DNA of 30,669 bases from the IMG/VR virus record IMGVR_UViG_3300011339_000790, positions 1 to 30,669 of that record, one strand, 5' to 3'. The notes below the pieces were generated by a model. It searched no databases. It was given only the letters and a program-made list of their open reading frames with translations, and was not told the origin of the DNA. The stretch is from a virus (Duplodnaviria; Caudoviricetes). Below, piece by piece: positions 1 to 8,457 of this stretch. The position numbers and the translations under genes were made by a program. How positions within the stretch are numbered: the first letter of the stretch is position 1; every line of letters starts with the position of its first letter.

Positions 1-1
1 C

Positions 2-376
2 AATAAAATGTTTTTTATCAAACAAAAAACGAAGAAAGTCAGAATTAAACCATTCGTTGAATTCACTACTATTTAAACTGCCTATTTTATTGAAAACTAA
101 AGGTAATATATCATCCAGTAACATAGTATCTGATATATACCTAAAATTCTGATTTACATTTTTACCCTCTTCCCCAGAAAAATCAAAGTCAGCTGGGAAA
201 TGGGTTTTTATTTCTTCGGTAATTGGTGAGTAAATTCCATAATATAATCTTCTCCAAACTAAATCGTCTGTATTCTCCCAAATGAAAGCGGTAGATAACA
301 AATTATTTTTATCATCACTCTTTGCCAAATACTCCGCCATGCGTCTATAAGGCTGTTTTAAATCGCTAATTTTCAT
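2..376 (-). CDS. Hypothetical protein running off the left edge (MKISDLKQPYRRMAEYL...DKKHFI)
   Basis: Translated by hand: ATG at 376 overlaps the end of the 366..911 gene, and the frame stays open for 125 codons to the window edge. Not in the ORF track. Confidence 0.75.
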   Translation of the reverse strand, partial: MKISDLKQPYRRMAEYLAKSDDKNNLLSTAFIWENTDDLVWRRLYYGIYSPITEEIKTHFPADFDFSGEEGKNVNQNFRYISDTMLLDDILPLVFNKIGSLNSSEFNEWFNSDFLRFLFDKKHFI

Positions 377-911
377 CTGTTAATAATTTTAAGGTTTCTT
401 CACTAATTTTAAATTTTGATTGGATTTGCTCGATTGTTCGAGTGCCTTTTTTTAGCGCGTCTTTAATATTGTTAAATAACGCGTGTGTTAGTGTTAATTC
501 TTCCATTTCAGCCACTTTTAACGGTTCGACCTTGTAAGGTGTTCGTTTTGCTTTTGCGGTCGTTAAACTCACTATTTTTGTTTCTGTGATATTGGAAGCG
601 TGGGAAATTCTAATGCCACCAACTTGAGCACCTCCGAAGCTTACTTTTTCGTCCCTGTAAAGTGTTAGGCTTCTTCCTATGTATTCGCTTCCATTTGCAC
701 CCCAAATTGTAACCAATAATCTGCGCATGGATTTACAAGGCTTATAAGGTTTATTTTCGTCGCCCTCGAAGTAAATGCTTACACTTTGCGCTGGGTCGTC
801 TGTAAGCTTAATATCCCTGATTTTAATTGTTTTGCTTCCTGTTATCAAATCGTCCGCATTCAGTTGATCCGATTTAGGCGAGATAGTTTTACTTAAATCT
901 AAATTTTCCAT
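366..911 (-). CDS. Conserved phage protein; putative ssDNA-binding/annealing partner of the YqaJ exonuclease
   Basis: The KSDQLNADDL...KPYKPCKSMRR...GGIRISH pattern is one I associate with phage proteins found beside YqaJ exonucleases. Function is inferred from context. Confidence 0.55.
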   Translation of the reverse strand: MENLDLSKTISPKSDQLNADDLITGSKTIKIRDIKLTDDPAQSVSIYFEGDENKPYKPCKSMRRLLVTIWGANGSEYIGRSLTLYRDEKVSFGGAQVGGIRISHASNITETKIVSLTTAKAKRTPYKVEPLKVAEMEELTLTHALFNNIKDALKKGTRTIEQIQSKFKISEETLKLLTDEN

Positions 912-941
912 AATTTAAAATTGTTTAATTGTTAATGATTG

Positions 942-988
942 CAAATATACAAATAAGTTTGTATATGTAAAAGTTAATGTAAGTTAAT
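942..988 (-). promoter_or_regulatory. Leftward Bacteroidota-type promoter with overlapping palindromic operator
   Basis: TATATTTG on the minus strand (942-949). Palindrome ATACAAA-N4-TTTGTAT at 947-964. GTTAAT direct repeats at 973 and 983. Confidence 0.7.
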
Positions 989-990
989 AT

Positions 991-1647
991 TCATACTAAT
1001 TTAGTGCTCTCTATAATCTCTCTACATAGTTCGTTGGGTATTTTACTTCTATTGTAGGATCCCTTTTTTCCTTGTGTTCCTGTTTTCGCTCCACGCCTTG
1101 CACTTTCATGGTGGCAATGCTTATCAATTACATTACCTTGCTGATCGTACTTGTAATTGTGGCAATCAGGTCGTGGAATCCAAGTTTTTGAGTTTGTCCA
1201 AATATCAGTTGGCTTTGCTCGATCATCTCCATATTGACAATACCATACCGTATGCCTTTTAAACTCTTGCATCCATTCCATGTGCCTTAACATTCCTCTT
1301 GGGTTTTCAATAAAGAATATAAGTTTAGGATTTTCAATTAACCATTCTTTAATCAATCCAATCCAATGTTGGTTTACTCTATCGCATTTTTTAGCATAAT
1401 CGCTTTTAGGTTCTTTTGTATTCGTTCTATGGGTGCTACAAGATGCTATACTGTAAGTCGTGCAGTCAGGACTTGCCCAAACAATATCAGGAATAAAAGG
1501 GATATTTTCTTTTTTTAGTTCTCCAATATCAATTAATAAGTCTATATTGTCGTAAGAAGTCCAATCAACACTAAAAACATTCAATCCTTGTTTTTCAGCT
1601 TCATTGCCTATACTTCTTGATCCCGCAAATAATTCTAATAAGGTCAT
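991..1647 (-). CDS. Compact C5-cytosine DNA methyltransferase
   Basis: Motif I LELFAGS, catalytic motif IV WASPDC and motif VI FIENP. Confidence 0.85.
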   Translation of the reverse strand: MTLLELFAGSRSIGNEAEKQGLNVFSVDWTSYDNIDLLIDIGELKKENIPFIPDIVWASPDCTTYSIASCSTHRTNTKEPKSDYAKKCDRVNQHWIGLIKEWLIENPKLIFFIENPRGMLRHMEWMQEFKRHTVWYCQYGDDRAKPTDIWTNSKTWIPRPDCHNYKYDQQGNVIDKHCHHESARRGAKTGTQGKKGSYNRSKIPNELCREIIESTKLV

Positions 1648-1670
1648 TTTTTTAATTTTTGTTTAAATTG

Positions 1671-2330
1671 TTACAAATTAATCTCATCCGATACCACCGC
1701 CACACGCGGAGCAAGTTTGAAAACTTTGCTTTTTTCTTGAAATTCGGCTATTACATTTTGTATTTTCGTTTCAGCAATTTGCACCGCTTCAATCAACACA
1801 TCTTGTATTTTTAAATCTTTTTCGACGCGTATAACCTGCATGGGCATACCGTTGCTGTAAGAAATAAAGTCACACCAATCACGCTCACTCACTAACATAC
1901 CGTAGTGGATTTGTGGTAAATGTTCAACTGGTACAATTCCGCTAACTATTCGCTCCACCTGTATAGATTGTTTTGCGCTCTTAATTTCGATTAAACCATT
2001 TTCGCCAACTAAACCGTCTGGCGAATATCCAACAGTAACACCGGCTATTTTGTTTGTAATAAATCCAACTTCAACAGCGCCACCGTATAAGTCACGCGCC
2101 AATGGTTCTTCAAAATGTCCGCGCTCCATATCGGAACTATAAAAACTATCTTCAAGATGGCCCGTAATTCGCTCACTCGCTAACTTCCAAATTGCTTTGC
2201 GCGTTTTGTCGTTTTCAGCAAGTTTAAAAGTTGGTGTAATAAGGCTTTTAACTACGGTGCTGGTAATTATTCCTTTTCTTAATTCCAGCCACTCTGGTGT
2301 GCCTTGCTCTATTTCTGTATAAATTCTCAT
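1671..2330 (-). CDS. YqaJ / lambda-exonuclease family nuclease
   Basis: QGTPEWLELRKG, MERG..EP.AR, SPDG...LIEIK (PD-(D/E)xK), Q...M and CDFISY motifs. Confidence 0.92.
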   Translation of the reverse strand: MRIYTEIEQGTPEWLELRKGIITSTVVKSLITPTFKLAENDKTRKAIWKLASERITGHLEDSFYSSDMERGHFEEPLARDLYGGAVEVGFITNKIAGVTVGYSPDGLVGENGLIEIKSAKQSIQVERIVSGIVPVEHLPQIHYGMLVSERDWCDFISYSNGMPMQVIRVEKDLKIQDVLIEAVQIAETKIQNVIAEFQEKSKVFKLAPRVAVVSDEINL

Positions 2331-2340
2331 TGTTTATTAT

Positions 2341-2664
2341 TTATAAATTTTCTATTACTTTGTTAAAATCCGCTAACATTTTGAAGTCAAATTGTCTATT
2401 TTTTACAAGTTTACAAGCGTAAATTACCGTTGCATGGTCACGTTTAATATACTTACCAATTACATCAAAAGTAAATCCATTTTGCCTTGCAACATAACAA
2501 TAAATCTGCCTTGCACGTACTAAATGTTCAAATCTTGTTTTACCCATTACTTCTTTTTTATTTAGTTTCAATGAGTGGCAAACTACGTTCATAATGTGCG
2601 ATAAATGGTTGTACTTAGGCTTAAATTTTAAACCTACGTACATTTGTGGACTTACAAGTTCCAT
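2341..2664 (-). CDS. DnaA C-terminal (domain IV)-like helix-turn-helix protein
   Basis: GKTR..HLVRARQI..Y.AR...IG....RDHATVIYA matches the DnaA domain IV signature (RDHTTV). Confidence 0.85.
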   Translation of the reverse strand: MELVSPQMYVGLKFKPKYNHLSHIMNVVCHSLKLNKKEVMGKTRFEHLVRARQIYCYVARQNGFTFDVIGKYIKRDHATVIYACKLVKNRQFDFKMLADFNKVIENL

Positions 2665-3047
2665 GTGTCAACTATTTTAACATTTTCAACAAAATAAAAA
2701 GTTTCTGCCATGTCCTCCGCTTGTGAGTATGTGCGTTCTTCTGTTAACACTTCCTTACTGATTGCGTCAATTACGTGCCAACGTGGAAAATCGCTTAACC
2801 ATGAGTAGATTAATTTGTTGTATTTTTCGGGTAAATTATGCGCTAAAAATTCCGCCTTATGGTTTGAACTCATAAGCATCTCAATGGTTTCTTTGCCCTC
2901 CAAATACTCAAAACTTATACGTTCGCCGTTACACCTTACGTCCGCATAAATCTTCCAGCTTTGAAAGCCGTTGGTACGTACTGTAAAATTAAAGCTAACT
3001 AAATGTTCGCGCTTTAAGTGGTCTGTAATCTTGATTTCTGTTTTCAT
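2652..3047 (-). CDS. Hypothetical protein
   Basis: 131-aa ORF in the early operon, with an AACAATTAAAC leader. Confidence 0.7.
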   Translation of the reverse strand: MKTEIKITDHLKREHLVSFNFTVRTNGFQSWKIYADVRCNGERISFEYLEGKETIEMLMSSNHKAEFLAHNLPEKYNKLIYSWLSDFPRWHVIDAISKEVLTEERTYSQAEDMAETFYFVENVKIVDTWNL

Positions 3048-3077
3048 ACTATAATTGTTTAATTGTTTACTTTAGAG

Positions 3078-3117
3078 AAAACCCCCAAGTGTGCTTCCAT
3101 GGATAGGCATGGGGGGT
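3078..3117 (-). terminator. Probable intrinsic terminator
   Basis: On the minus strand an ACCCCC...GGGGGT stem encloses a CCATGG-centred imperfect palindrome and is followed by TTTT. It lies downstream of the 3132..3413 gene. Confidence 0.55.
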
Positions 3118-3131
3118 GTATTTGTTCTTTG

Positions 3132-3413
3132 TTAATTTAACATTTTAATTGTTTTTCTAGTAAAAATATCTTTTAAGTAAAATTTTACAACTCCACCTAA
3201 ACTAAGCATTCCAACAAATGGCAAATCAAAATGTTTTTCATTCATTATTCTATCGTAATTAGTTACGCTATGGTCTGAAAATCTATATTTTACCCCATCA
3301 ACAGTATAATAAATGCTCAATCCGTTAGTATCGCTCATTCCAGAAAAATCAAATTTTAAACCTTTTTCGTTCATTTGTCTTTCTATTTCTGTTCTTTGTT
3401 CTTGGTAATTCAT
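3132..3413 (-). CDS. Hypothetical early protein (YRFSDH motif)
   Basis: First gene after the leftward promoter; 93 aa. Confidence 0.7.
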   Translation of the reverse strand: MNYQEQRTEIERQMNEKGLKFDFSGMSDTNGLSIYYTVDGVKYRFSDHSVTNYDRIMNEKHFDLPFVGMLSLGGVVKFYLKDIFTRKTIKMLN

Positions 3414-3437
3414 ATCGTTTTGCGTTTAATTGTTCCA

Positions 3438-3504
3438 CAAAGATACAAACTTTTTTGTATTCTGCAATAGTAAAAGTGTTAATGAGTGTTAATAACTTAT
3501 TAAC
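3438..3504 (-). promoter_or_regulatory. Leftward early promoter with operator(s)
   Basis: TATCTTTG (minus, 3438-3445) with TTG at ~3465-3467. ATACAAA-N4-TTTGTAT at 3443-3460. GTTAAT repeats at 3478 and 3488. Palindrome GTTAATAA-C-TTATTAAC at 3488-3504. Confidence 0.7.
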
Positions 3505-3565
3505 GTAGCTTATTTAGAATGGTTTTAAATAAGGTAAAATATGTTATATATAAATATATTATACT

Positions 3566-3573
3566 TATATTTG
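3566..3573 (+). promoter_or_regulatory. Rightward promoter -7 box
   Basis: TATATTTG about 22 nt upstream of the ATG at 3596. Confidence 0.65.
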
Positions 3574-3595
3574 CATAAACTTTAAAATTATTGAT

Positions 3596-3724
3596 ATGAG
3601 CAAAAAAATGACTACGATTTACATCGACCCTGTAATTAAGAAAAAAGCCAAAGAAAAATCTAAAGAGATTTTAGGTAAAGATAATCTTAGCGCTTTAATT
3701 ACTTACCTTATTAATAAACTGTAA
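3596..3724 (+). CDS. 42-aa ribbon-helix-helix (CopG/Arc-like) DNA-binding protein
   Basis: Translated by hand: MSKKMTTIYIDPVIKKKAKEKSKEILGKDNLSALITYLINKL. An alternating beta strand (TTIYID) is followed by two helices, the second starting S-ALI..LI. It ends 3 nt before the primase ATG. Confidence 0.7.
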   Translation: MSKKMTTIYIDPVIKKKAKEKSKEILGKDNLSALITYLINKL

Positions 3725-3727
3725 CTT

Positions 3728-5863
3728 ATGGATATTAAACTAAGCTATTATAGCAATGTTAAACAAGTCAAAGCCACAAAGGTTCTCGGTTTGCAATCCT
3801 TTTTGGAGGGTGTAAAAAATGGAGAATGGCAAGATATTGTATTGGATGTTAGAAATAAAAAAATTGACAAAAAAAAGGATGCTGTTATCCCAGCCGTAAC
3901 ACTTTCTGCTTTGTTTTCGGAAAAAAGAAGTAAAGATGCTTTTATTGAGAAAACAGGTATAATGCAAATCGATGTCGATGCAAAAGATCAAGATATGACT
4001 ATTGTCAATCGAGATAGCGTAGAAAAAGACCCATACACTTATGCTTTATTTGATAGCATCTCTGGTAATGGTGGATTTAAGGTATTAGTTCGAATTGATA
4101 AGACTATTGAACACAAAGAAATTTTTGATAGTTTGAAAATTTACTACCTTAAGCACTATAATATTTTAATCGACATTCAGTGTTCCGATATTACAAGGCT
4201 TTGTTATGTAAGCTACGACCCTGATTTATACCTAAACGAAAATGCAAAGGTTTATTCCGAGAGATACACGCGCGAACAAAAAACATTTAATAAAAAGTTT
4301 GATAAATTCAGCGCACCACGTATAACTATTGAAGAAGATTTAGCCAACGCTATTAATGAAGCATCAGGGTTAAATCTATTCGATGATTACGAAGATTATT
4401 TAAATCTTGCTTTTGCTTTATCTAGTGAATTTGGCGCTGGTGGAGAACATTATTTTCATACTCTTTGTAAAGCATCCTCTAAATACGAACCAAAAAAAGC
4501 TTCCAACGATTATCAAAGGGCAGTAACTAGAGGTAAACAAGGTGTTACTATTAAAACGCTTTATTTTAAATTAAAGGAAGCTGGTATAAATATTAAAAGC
4601 CAAAAAACAGCACGTTTAGAGCAATTAATTAAACATTCCAAAAATCCGAAAGAAGATGCTAAAAAACTAGGTATTGAAAACGCGGACAAAATTATCGACC
4701 AGCTTTTAATTGCGACTAAAAATGAAGATGAACAAACAGAAATTCAACTTATTTCGGATTTAATCAAACTTGAAGATATTAAATTTAATGAAGTTGAACG
4801 AAATTATGAGTTTCAAGGCGAGTTAATGAACGACCGTATTTTGTCACATTTTTACGTGAAAGTATGGGAAAGCATAAACGATAATATTAGTAAAGATAAA
4901 ATCTTTACATTAATTCAAAATCCCGAAAACCACACATCATACCACCCAATTAGACAATGGTTTGAAAAGAATAAAGGTTTAAAAACGGATAACGAATTTG
5001 AGAAACTTAAAAAATGTTTTGACTATTCAGCCACTATGTTAACGGATAGAGGGGACGCTTTTATAGAGGATTTTTTAGATGTTTACCTTAAAAAATGGCT
5101 TTTGGGTATTATCGCAAGTGCACACGGTACTTATTCGCTTTTGGTTCTTGTGTTACTAGGGCAACAGGGTACAAATAAAACAAACTTTTTTCGTAATTTA
5201 TTACCCATTGATTTAAGAAAATATTATTCCGATAATACTTTAGATGAGGGCAAAGATAGTGAAATTTTAATGTGCAAAAAGTTGCTAATTATTGATGATG
5301 AATTCGGCGGTAAATCAAAAAAAGATGCTAACAAATTAAAACGATTATCCAGCCAACAAACTTTTTCTATCCGTATGCCTTATGGAAGAGTTACGGAGGA
5401 TTTAGAGCGTTTGGCAGTATTGGGAGGTACATCGAATGAAGATGAGGTAATTAATGACCCGACAGGAAATAGACGTATAATTCCTTTAACGATTAAAAAC
5501 TTTGATTTTAAGGCTTATGATCTAATAGATAAGGATAAACTATTCATTGAGCTTTATAATGAGTGGAAAACGGATAAAATGGGGTTTGTTTTAAGTAAAC
5601 ATGAGATTGATATGCTTAATAAATGCACCGAAAAAAATCAGGAGGTAATTGCAGAGGAAGAAATAATAAATAAACTTTTTAGGGTTTCTTCAGTTGCTCA
5701 AATGACCACAACGGAGGTAATGTTGACCATACAATCGGAATATCCAATGGTAAAAACTAGCACAAAAAGGATAGGAATGGTGCTAAAAAAACTCAAAATT
5801 GAGCAAAAATTGGCAAAAATGAACGGAAAAACGACCCGAGTTTACCCATTGAAAAAAGCGTAA
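3728..5863 (+). CDS. Primase-helicase (BT4734/VirE N-terminal, PriCT-2, VirE/VapE P-loop ATPase)
   Basis: TGIMQIDVD, SISGNGGFK, DITRLCYVSYDP; PriCT-2-like segment (FHTLCKASSKY); Walker A GQQGTNKT, Walker B IIDDEF; RMPYGR, GTSN, DPTGNRR. Confidence 0.9.
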   Translation: MDIKLSYYSNVKQVKATKVLGLQSFLEGVKNGEWQDIVLDVRNKKIDKKKDAVIPAVTLSALFSEKRSKDAFIEKTGIMQIDVDAKDQDMTIVNRDSVEKDPYTYALFDSISGNGGFKVLVRIDKTIEHKEIFDSLKIYYLKHYNILIDIQCSDITRLCYVSYDPDLYLNENAKVYSERYTREQKTFNKKFDKFSAPRITIEEDLANAINEASGLNLFDDYEDYLNLAFALSSEFGAGGEHYFHTLCKASSKYEPKKASNDYQRAVTRGKQGVTIKTLYFKLKEAGINIKSQKTARLEQLIKHSKNPKEDAKKLGIENADKIIDQLLIATKNEDEQTEIQLISDLIKLEDIKFNEVERNYEFQGELMNDRILSHFYVKVWESINDNISKDKIFTLIQNPENHTSYHPIRQWFEKNKGLKTDNEFEKLKKCFDYSATMLTDRGDAFIEDFLDVYLKKWLLGIIASAHGTYSLLVLVLLGQQGTNKTNFFRNLLPIDLRKYYSDNTLDEGKDSEILMCKKLLIIDDEFGGKSKKDANKLKRLSSQQTFSIRMPYGRVTEDLERLAVLGGTSNEDEVINDPTGNRRIIPLTIKNFDFKAYDLIDKDKLFIELYNEWKTDKMGFVLSKHEIDMLNKCTEKNQEVIAEEEIINKLFRVSSVAQMTTTEVMLTIQSEYPMVKTSTKRIGMVLKKLKIEQKLAKMNGKTTRVYPLKKA

Positions 5864-5926
5864 TTAAGTTAATTTAAGTAAAATAAAGTTAAAAAAATGT
5901 TAAAAGCGAAAAAAAGGATGCAAAAA

Positions 5927-6246
5927 GTTACAGATTATAAAAAATCTGTAACCGCCTACATCGTAGAGCTGGTAAGGGTTTTAGGTGTCAAGGTTACAGA
6001 TTACAGATTTTTATGCTGTTTTCTAAAAAGGCTATATAAAAAAAATATTTGCGTAATGTATATACGAAACAAAACACTCTCGTATATATATTACAGAATA
6101 ATCTGTGGCATCTGTAACCTTTTAGTAATTTACAGAAAATCAGCGAGTTACAAGGTTACAGATTAATTTTAAATCTGTAACATCTGTAACTATCTGTAAC
6201 TTTGTTCATTTTCAAGTAGTTACAAAAGAGAGTTCAAAAGAGAGTT
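5927..6246. repeat. Iteron-like repeat cluster; probable replication origin
   Basis: About a dozen copies or variants of GTTACAGAT(T)/ATCTGTAAC in both orientations (e.g. 5927, 5943, 5993, 6110, 6155, 6172, 6182, 6192), plus a tandem CAAAAGAGAGTT x2 (6223-6246). The cluster lies directly after the primase gene. Confidence 0.75.
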
Positions 6247-6269
6247 GATTTAATTTTAAATTTAAAAAA

Positions 6270-6359
6270 ATGGAATATAATTTAAAAAGTAAAAAAGATT
6301 ATGAAGCATGGCAAATTGATATGCAAGATACTATGCAACGCTGTTTGGCTATTAAATAA
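6270..6359 (+). CDS. Possible 29-aa peptide or gene remnant (MEYNLKSKKDYEAWQIDMQDTMQRCLAIK)
   Basis: ATG with an A-rich leader; ends just before the HNH promoter. Confidence 0.35.
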   Translation: MEYNLKSKKDYEAWQIDMQDTMQRCLAIK

Positions 6360-6366
6360 TTTTTTG

Positions 6367-6472
6367 TATATTTGCAAATATCTAAATGAAGTAGGAAATC
6401 ATTTAAAATATTATTATAAAAACCTATCAAAAGATGCCCTTCCTACTTGGCTATTTTGCATAGGTTTTTTTT
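6367..6472 (+). promoter_or_regulatory. Promoter plus structured leader (two hairpins with complementary loops; the second is terminator-like)
   Basis: TATATTTG at 6367-6374. Hairpin 6383-6405 has loop AGTAGGAAA. Hairpin 6418-6469 has loop CTTCCTACTT and ends in a T-tract. Confidence 0.7.
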
Positions 6473-6485
6473 ATTTTTAAAAACT

Positions 6486-7031
6486 ATGAAAGAAATAGAA
6501 ATTTGGAAGCCTATTAAAGATTATGAAGGACTTTACGAAGTTAGTAATTTAGGAAGGGTAAAAAGTTTGGAAAAAACCTTAAAAAACAGATTTAACTACT
6601 ATAAAACAAAAGAAAAAATATTAAAACAAAATATTGGATATGGAGGATATGCTTTTCAAAAAATAGGAACAGAAGGGTTAAATCAGAAAACTTTTGCTAT
6701 TCACAGATTAGTCGCTGATGCTTTTTTAACTAAAAAAAACGAATTAGATATTGTTAATCATTTAGATTTAAATAAAACTAATAATAAATTATCTAATTTA
6801 GAATGGGTAAATTTTAGAGAGAATGTAACACATAAAGTAATTAATACTAATAAAAATTATTCAAATCATGTAGGTATTTCCTTTGATAAAAGCAGAGAAA
6901 AATGGACGGCTAAAATAAAGATAGAAGGTAAACTTTATAATTTAGGTAGATTTGATACAGAAAAACAAGCAATATTAAAATACAAGGAATATGTTGAAAC
7001 TAAGGGAATATCAAATAAATATATCAAATAA
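6486..7031 (+). CDS. NUMOD4-HNH-AP2 homing endonuclease
   Basis: EIWKPIKDYEGLYEVSNLGRVKS (NUMOD4); HRLVA..F...VNHLD.NK.NN...NLEWV...EN (HNH); GISFDKSREKWTAKI...LGRFDT (AP2). Start moved to ATG 6486 because the track's 6447 start lies inside the leader hairpin. Confidence 0.92.
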   Translation: MKEIEIWKPIKDYEGLYEVSNLGRVKSLEKTLKNRFNYYKTKEKILKQNIGYGGYAFQKIGTEGLNQKTFAIHRLVADAFLTKKNELDIVNHLDLNKTNNKLSNLEWVNFRENVTHKVINTNKNYSNHVGISFDKSREKWTAKIKIEGKLYNLGRFDTEKQAILKYKEYVETKGISNKYIK

Positions 7032-8229
7032 TTCTTTATTAATTTTGAATAAATATAGGATTGTTTATTTGAATTTAGAATGCAGAACAGGCAAAACACT
7101 TACAGCTTTAAACATAGCTAAGTTATACGGCGCAAAACGTGTTGCATTTATTACTAAAAAAAAGGCTATTAGCAGTATTTTGGATGATTACGGAATATTT
7201 AAACCTCCTTATGATTTGGAGGTTATAAATACCGAAAGTTTAACAAAATTACAAGGCAATTTCGATTTAGTGATCAGTGATGAACACCACAAGTTTGGAG
7301 CGTTCCCGAAAATGGGCAAACACGCAAAGGATTTTAAAACAAAATTTGGAAATACACCAATGATTTGTTTATCAGCGACCCCCAGTCCTGAGAGTTACAG
7401 CCAAATTTTTAACCAACTTGCAGTAAGTAACTATTCCCCATTTAGAGAATTTACAACATTTTACAAGTGGGCGAAAATCTTTGTAAACGTAAAACAAAAA
7501 CAATTAGGTTATGCAATAGTGAACGATTATACAGATGCAAAATATAGCCTAATTAAGCCTTATTTAGACAAAATAATGATTAGCTTCACACAAGAAGAAG
7601 CGGGGTTTAAATCGAAAATAAACGAACATTTTTTACGTGTTAAAATGTTGGATAGCACTCACGAAATGTTAAAGGCTTTAAGAAAAAATAAACTACTTAC
7701 ATTAAATTCCGACAATCCGAACATAGTAGCCGATACAGGAGCGAAAATGTTGCAAAAATGCCACCAGCTATGCAGTGGAACGATTTTAACAGAAAACGGA
7801 AAGGCTTACATAGTGGACCAAACTAAGGCGGAATTTATAAGAGATTATTTCAAAAACAAGAAAATAGGTATATTTTATAAATTCAAAGCGGAATTTGATA
7901 TGCTTAAAGCCGTTTTTAATGATGATTTGTGCGATAATTTGGAAGATTTCAATAATAGTGATAGAAATATAGCTTTGCAGATAGTTAGTGGAAGAGAGGG
8001 CGTAAAATTAAGTAAAGCCGATTGCCTTGTTTTTTTTAATATTGATTTTTCGGCGACAAGTTATTGGCAGTCTAGGGATAGAATGACAACTATTGACCGC
8101 CAAGAAAATAATATTTATTGGATATTTTCTAATTTTGGTCTCGAAAAAAAGATTTATGAAGCAGTAAGTAACAAGAAAAATTTCACATTAACACACTTTA
8201 AAAATGACTTTCCAAGCAAAATTTATTAA
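6991..8229 (+). CDS. SF2 (SNF2-like) DExH helicase
   Basis: LREYQ Q-motif, RTGKT, DEHH, LSATP, SGREGVKL and QSRDR motifs. Confidence 0.9.
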   Translation: MLKLREYQINISNNSLLILNKYRIVYLNLECRTGKTLTALNIAKLYGAKRVAFITKKKAISSILDDYGIFKPPYDLEVINTESLTKLQGNFDLVISDEHHKFGAFPKMGKHAKDFKTKFGNTPMICLSATPSPESYSQIFNQLAVSNYSPFREFTTFYKWAKIFVNVKQKQLGYAIVNDYTDAKYSLIKPYLDKIMISFTQEEAGFKSKINEHFLRVKMLDSTHEMLKALRKNKLLTLNSDNPNIVADTGAKMLQKCHQLCSGTILTENGKAYIVDQTKAEFIRDYFKNKKIGIFYKFKAEFDMLKAVFNDDLCDNLEDFNNSDRNIALQIVSGREGVKLSKADCLVFFNIDFSATSYWQSRDRMTTIDRQENNIYWIFSNFGLEKKIYEAVSNKKNFTLTHFKNDFPSKIY

Positions 8230-8449
8230 GAAAATGGAGGAACAAGGCTATTTAGTTTTAAAAACTATTCGCCTTAATATAACAGGGATGCCAGATCTAA
8301 TTTTACTTAAAGAGGGAAAAACAACCTTTGTAGAATTGAAAAAAGGTAACGATACTTTGAAAGATTTGCAAAAGTTTCGAATTGATGAACTTAGAAAAAA
8401 AGGTTTTCAGGCTTATTGTTGGCACGAAACAAATGGTATTATTTATTAA
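8204..8449 (+). CDS. VRR-NUC domain nuclease
   Basis: GMPDLILL...FVELK...LQ...L...GF motif, adjacent to the helicase. Confidence 0.88.
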   Translation: MTFQAKFIKKMEEQGYLVLKTIRLNITGMPDLILLKEGKTTFVELKKGNDTLKDLQKFRIDELRKKGFQAYCWHETNGIIY

Positions 8450-8457
8450 TTTTTTCC

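Noticed and set aside
5897-6166. 89-aa ORF with repeated KVTD
   Set aside because: The peptide repeats simply mirror the GTTACAGAT DNA repeats; the region is better explained as a non-coding origin.
5927-6246. Repeats as a CRISPR or mini-array
   Set aside because: Units are 9-10 bp, in both orientations and irregularly spaced; there is no repeat-spacer periodicity and no cas gene.
6367-7031. HNH as part of a group I intron or intein
   Set aside because: No interrupted gene is evident: primase and helicase both look intact, and there is no room for an intron core. It appears free-standing.
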